NCBI RefSeq assembly: GCF_900232105.1 | Contig: NZ_LT934425.1 | Location: 2,940,001-2,972,000 of the forward strand | Source: Candidatus Kuenenia stuttgartensis | Lineage (GTDB): Bacteria; Planctomycetota; Brocadiia; Brocadiales; Brocadiaceae | Reading direction: 5' to 3' | DNA length: 32,000 nt | Shown: piece after piece, positions 28,401 to 32,000 of the stretch | Layout of the letters: every line of letters begins with the position of its first letter | Position numbering within the stretch: position 1 is the stretch's first letter | The notes under the pieces: model-generated | Seen by the model: only the letters and a program-made list of their open reading frames with translations | Databases searched by the model: none | What the model was told of the DNA's origin: nothing | Translations under genes and position numbers: made by a program

Positions 28401-29923
28401 GCGTAACCGGAACAAGTACTTCTACGGGGTTTCAATTCCTCATAGGTAGAATGAAAACTACACAGACGCAAGGGTTAATGCTGCCGTTGGAAGTTGTTTC
28501 AATTCCTCATAGGTAGAATGAAAACTTATCTGTGCCGGTGCCGGCATTAGACAGGATGTACGAGTTTCAATTCCTCATAGGTAGAATGAAAACTTTTAGA
28601 CTCTGGCGAGATTTTGAGCGGTAATATTTAGTTTCAATTCCTCATAGGTAGAATGAAAACGTTTGCTTTTTCTTTGTTCAAAGCATGCCATTTTTTGTTT
28701 CAATTCCTCATAGGTAGAATGAAAACATTTTAAATTATTTTATTATTTTATTATTTTAATATGTTTCAATTCCTCATAGGTAGAATGAAAACCCAAGAAG
28801 GAGATTATGTTTGGGTTCAGTTGCAAGAGTTTCAATTCCTCATAGGTAGAATGAAAACAGATGAAAATGGTATGCTTTTTGAGAAGTATGGAAAAGGTTT
28901 CAATTCCTCATAGGTAGAATGAAAACAACTCACTCAGTGGTGAAAACCATCGAGGGTAGCAGGTTTCAATTCCTCATAGGTAGAATGAAAACGGACATAT
29001 TTTCTGGTTTGTTCATAATTATAGTCTAGTTTCAATTCCTCATAGGTAGAATGAAAACGGTATGCTGCGCATAAAGAAGATCGAAAAATTTACAGTTTCA
29101 ATTCCTCATAGGTAGAATGAAAACGGTTTTGTCAAATTTGCGCAAGAAGGAGATTATGTTGTTTCAATTCCTCATAGGTAGAATGAAAACGCAAGCCATT
29201 AAAAAGTCTTAAAAATGGTTCGGTTTCTTGTTTCAATTCCTCATAGGTAGAATGAAAACCAGTGCAGTGCAGTGCAGTGCGTAGCACTGAAGCACGTTTC
29301 AATTCCTCATAGGTAGAATGAAAACCTTAAAGAAACGCAGGAAAGAAAAGCTAAATATTTGGTTTCAATTCCTCATAGGTAGAATGAAAACACTTAAAGA
29401 AACGCAGGAAAGAAAAGCTAAATATTTGGTTTCAATTCCTCATAGGTAGAATGAAAACTTAAACTAAAGGCAAAAAAAGCCTATGCCGAAAACCCGTTTC
29501 AATTCCTCATAGGTAGAATGAAAACCAAAAAATCGCATTTTTCATGGGGTTTTTCAACAGCAGTTTCAATTCCTCATAGGTAGAATGAAAACAAATTATT
29601 AGAAAAGCAAAAAGTTTTTGCAAAACTAGGTTTCAATTCCTCATAGGTAGAATGAAAACGTTAGAGAATATCTTAAAAAGGAGAAAAAGCCTAAGTTTCA
29701 ATTCCTCATAGGTAGAATGAAAACGCATGATGGGGAAGATTATTGTCAAGATTGTTTTGAGTTTCAATTCCTCATAGGTAGAATGAAAACGTAGTAAAAT
29801 CAATACAGACCGGAGATATAATAATATGTTTCAATTCCTCATAGGTAGAATGAAAACTTATTGCCGTATCTCTTACATATGCTCTAAACAATTGTTTCAA
29901 TTCCTCATAGGTAGAATGAAAAC
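22475..29923 (-). CRISPR. CRISPR array with 109 repeats and 108 spacers. The repeat on the transcribed minus strand is GTTTTCATTCTACCTATGAGGAATTGAAAC.
   Basis: I located every repeat by hand.
- 107 copies of GTTTCAATTCCTCATAGGTAGAATGAAAAC lie from 22833 to 29923 at a 65-70 bp period. One copy carries a SNP (23697-23726, T>C at position 9).
- One copy has 2 mismatches and is split by an insertion (22533-22560 plus 22788-22797).
- The terminal copy is half-degenerate (22475-22504).
- Spacers are 33-40 nt; the terminal one is 28 nt.
- Orientation follows from the degenerate end lying distal to the cas genes, the AT-rich leader next to cas2, and the repeat ending ATTGAAAC, the 8-nt tag typical of Cas6-processed type I-B/III repeats. 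Confidence 0.98.
22561..22787. mobile_element. 227-bp non-autonomous element (MITE) inserted in the second-oldest CRISPR repeat.
   Basis: It has perfect 17-bp terminal inverted repeats: GTAACTATTCAGCGTAA (22561-22577) and TTACGCTGAATAGTTAC (22771-22787). They are flanked by an 8-bp direct duplication, gaatgaaa (22553-22560 and 22788-22795). Removing the element plus one duplicate restores a 30-nt repeat. There is no ORF, and the interior holds two REP-like hairpins. Confidence 0.8.
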
Positions 29924-30061
29924 CAGCCATTTAAGCGAGATAAGACGTTCTGCAGCGCTTTTTAAACAATTTTAAAAGGAAAAATGCCATAAATTTCTAA
30001 AAATGTTATACATTTTCTGTCGATCTTTAATAGATTTTTCTGTATCAAAGGTCGACAGATG
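29924..30061 (-). promoter_or_regulatory. CRISPR leader.
   Basis: A 138-bp AT-rich segment between the cas2 stop (30062) and the first repeat (29923). It contains the inverted repeat tctgtcga.c ... g.tcgacaga (about 30017-30026 and 30050-30059). The promoter is not pinpointed. Confidence 0.6.
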
Positions 30062-30334
30062 TTAAATAAATTGAATATCATCCTTTTTATCCATGCCATA
30101 AACACATCTATCATAGTATTTCATTTGTCTGAATTTATAAACGATAATTGAATCGTTATCTTCACTTTTAATTATTTTTTTAAGTTCTAAAATCATTTTT
30201 TCATATGCAGCTTCTGATATTTCACCTTCAAAAACCGAATTTTGAACCCATTGAAGATACTTACGGCAAGCCTTCACCATTTTTCCGCAATGCTTACTGT
30301 TGACATCATAGTACAATATAACAAACATTACCAA
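30062..30334 (-). CDS. cas2: CRISPR-associated endoribonuclease Cas2.
   Basis: 90 aa. The sequence MVMFVILYYDV...KACRKYLQWVQNSVFEGEIS...SIIVYKF is a typical Cas2 ferredoxin-fold pattern. It overlaps cas1 by 7 nt and adjoins the leader. Confidence 0.9.
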   Translation of the reverse strand: MVMFVILYYDVNSKHCGKMVKACRKYLQWVQNSVFEGEISEAAYEKMILELKKIIKSEDNDSIIVYKFRQMKYYDRCVYGMDKKDDIQFI

Positions 30335-31323
30335 TCCATAACAAAGGGTTTGTATGTTTCCTCTTCCATAAGATGTTTTTCCAGTTTGTAAAGCTCCAGC
30401 CTCATGAGTCTTCGATAACTTACCTGTTTATTCAACCCGGAATGTTTAATCGTTTCTTTCAGACGTTCTTCCATGTATTGAAGAAATCGTTTTCTTGCGG
30501 AGTCTTTTAATAGTATTCCGTTCAACTGTTTTTCAAAATCGTTTTCTGTAATGATTTTTTTGTTGAGTACGGCAAAAATTGTCCTGTCACCTATAACGGG
30601 CTTAAATATTTCTGCCACATCCAGGTTAAGTGTGAATCTCCTGAAGTTGGTTGTGTGGAGAAACCCTATGCGCGGGTCAAGGTGTGTCTGGTATATTTCG
30701 GAAAGCACATAGGAATATATCACTGAATTAGAGAAACTTATCAGGGTGTTTAAAAAATCTCTGGGCGGCCTTTTTGTACGCCTTTCAAAGGAAAACTCCG
30801 GATCGTCAATAATACAATTAAAGGCGTTGTAGTATAATTGCTTTATCTGGCCTTCAATGGCCATTGCCTTTTCAATACTTTCCTGTTCTTCAAGTTTTGA
30901 AAGAATATCTTCTATCCCGTTTATGTACTGCGTGAGGTCTTTCCCCCGTCTTTCATAATACTTCAGAATCTTAAGGCAGTTTTTTACGGCGCCCTCAATG
31001 AACTTCTTTGCAATAAACTGTCTTTTCGTCTCGTCGGTATAATGGTCTGCCTGTCTTAGAATCATAAAGCCTGAATTGTAATGCTCCCTGGGATAAAAAC
31101 TGCCGGCATAATAGCCGTAGTAATTAAAATAGGAGAGGACGATTTCGTTTTGGGATAGAAAGTTAAGCACCTTCGAGTTCAGATCCGTCTCTCCGAACAT
31201 AAAGATTTCCTTTGTGTTCTCAACGGGAATAAATTTCTTATTTCCATCTTCGGTTTCAAAGAAAAGGGTATTGTCTTTCCGTTTAAGGCGTCCGTTTGAA
31301 AATATATATACAGTTTCTTTCAT
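30328..31323 (-). CDS. cas1: CRISPR-associated integrase Cas1.
   Basis: 331 aa. MKETVYIFSNGRLKRKDNTLFF..., AMAIEGQIKQLYYNAFN, RTKRPPRDFLNTLISFSNSVIY, DPRIGFLHT and NLDVAEIFKPVIGDR match the conserved Cas1 blocks, with a type I-B-like flavour. Confidence 0.92.
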   Translation of the reverse strand: MKETVYIFSNGRLKRKDNTLFFETEDGNKKFIPVENTKEIFMFGETDLNSKVLNFLSQNEIVLSYFNYYGYYAGSFYPREHYNSGFMILRQADHYTDETKRQFIAKKFIEGAVKNCLKILKYYERRGKDLTQYINGIEDILSKLEEQESIEKAMAIEGQIKQLYYNAFNCIIDDPEFSFERRTKRPPRDFLNTLISFSNSVIYSYVLSEIYQTHLDPRIGFLHTTNFRRFTLNLDVAEIFKPVIGDRTIFAVLNKKIITENDFEKQLNGILLKDSARKRFLQYMEERLKETIKHSGLNKQVSYRRLMRLELYKLEKHLMEEETYKPFVMDW

Positions 31324-31329
31324 GATTGT

Positions 31330-31881
31330 TTACGACCAGCAAAATTCAAGATATGAGCACGTCTTGCAAAACTTTACCCAAACTTTTTCCGGGGCAGATT
31401 CTTGTTGAATCAGATATTTGATTTTTGCGATTAAATTTTCGACCTCTATTATGCGTTCATCTGTTAATTCTACTGGCACTACCTTTTTTTCTTTTGGTAT
31501 CCGGATCTCCCCTTTGATGGTTCGATCTTTTCTTGAAACATTATAAAGATAAAAGAGCAATTGCATTTGGGAAGCCTCAATCATCCTGGAACTCTTTTTC
31601 GTTTCAATTAAGGTAATAATGCCATCTTTCTGTCTGATAACGTCAATTTTACTACCGTCTATCAGTATTTCCTTTTTATCCCTTTTGTATGTTTCTTCTG
31701 AAAGCAGGCGACCGATAGCAATAAATTCATTATACTGATTACCCGATATATTCCTGGACATCAACCACGCCTGTCTTTGGCAAACAACATATGCCTGCAA
31801 TATTGACCCTGTTACTTTTAGCTGGTCAGACAAAAATAGCCTCTCTTTCTCCGACAGTCTTTTTAAATCCCTCCTGATCAA
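31330..31881 (-). CDS. cas4: CRISPR-associated exonuclease Cas4 (RecB-like, Fe-S).
   Basis: 183 aa. It has an N-terminal Cys (YVVCQRQAWL), a D...E.K core (IDVIRQKDGIITLIETKKS) and a C-terminal C..C.....C (FCKTCSYLEFC). The track start is a TTG that overlaps the upstream ORF by 56 nt. An internal TTG at 31833, preceded by GAGAAAGAGAGG, is an alternative start. Confidence 0.85.
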   Translation of the reverse strand: MIRRDLKRLSEKERLFLSDQLKVTGSILQAYVVCQRQAWLMSRNISGNQYNEFIAIGRLLSEETYKRDKKEILIDGSKIDVIRQKDGIITLIETKKSSRMIEASQMQLLFYLYNVSRKDRTIKGEIRIPKEKKVVPVELTDERIIEVENLIAKIKYLIQQESAPEKVWVKFCKTCSYLEFCWS

Positions 31882-32000
31882 GTCCTTTTTCTATGCTATA
31901 AAATTGATGCCAGTTTTCACAATAGTAAAATCCGTGCCTTATCTCTTCATCGATTATTTTTCTAAGTTTTCCATGTTTCGTATAACAGTTGAAAACATTT
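31826..32000 (-). CDS. 3' end of an upstream CDS running off the right edge. It is presumably another cas gene but is not identifiable.
   Basis: Own translation: ...NVFNCYTKHGKLRKIIDEEIRHGFYYCENWHQFYSIEKGLDQEGFKKTVGEREAIFV*, with the stop at 31828-31826. Its position upstream of cas4-cas1-cas2 suggests an effector-module gene such as cas3, but no motif supports a specific call. Confidence 0.35.
   Translation of the reverse strand, partial: NVFNCYTKHGKLRKIIDEEIRHGFYYCENWHQFYSIEKGLDQEGFKKTVGEREAIFV

Overview
About 40% GC bacterial window with two accessory or defence blocks around a housekeeping and efflux core. No searches were possible, so all family calls rest on motifs read from my own translations and on recall.

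**Left block (1-11.4 kb), all decayed mobile DNA plus defence-type genes:**
- An edge-truncated AlbA_2/Schlafen-like CDS and a NYN-domain gene.
- An ISAzo13-family transposase that is frameshifted at an A9 run and 3'-truncated.
- An oppositely oriented En-minus group II intron whose reverse transcriptase has an in-frame TGA.
- A GT-C type membrane glycosyltransferase.
- A tightly coupled three-gene operon: PD-(D/E)xK nuclease protein, small adaptor, and DUF3732/SMC-like ABC ATPase with a CxxC hook. This is the architecture called Lamassu type II, ABC-3C or DdmABC.
- The operon is bracketed by two decayed IS200/RAYT-like transposase remnants, each followed by the same ~78-bp sequence.

**Core (11.4-22.3 kb):** pgi, a di-haem cytochrome c peroxidase with a near-consensus sigma70 promoter, an IS91-like remnant, and a three-gene RND efflux operon.

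**Right block (22.4-32 kb):**
- A CRISPR array of 109 repeats and 108 spacers (30-nt repeat), transcribed on the minus strand from a leader next to cas2-cas1-cas4.
- A 227-bp MITE with 17-bp terminal inverted repeats and an 8-bp target duplication sits inside the second-oldest repeat.
- Several spacers are duplicated or overlapping.

**Best candidate system:** the nuclease / adaptor / SMC-like ATPase operon at 7014-10791.
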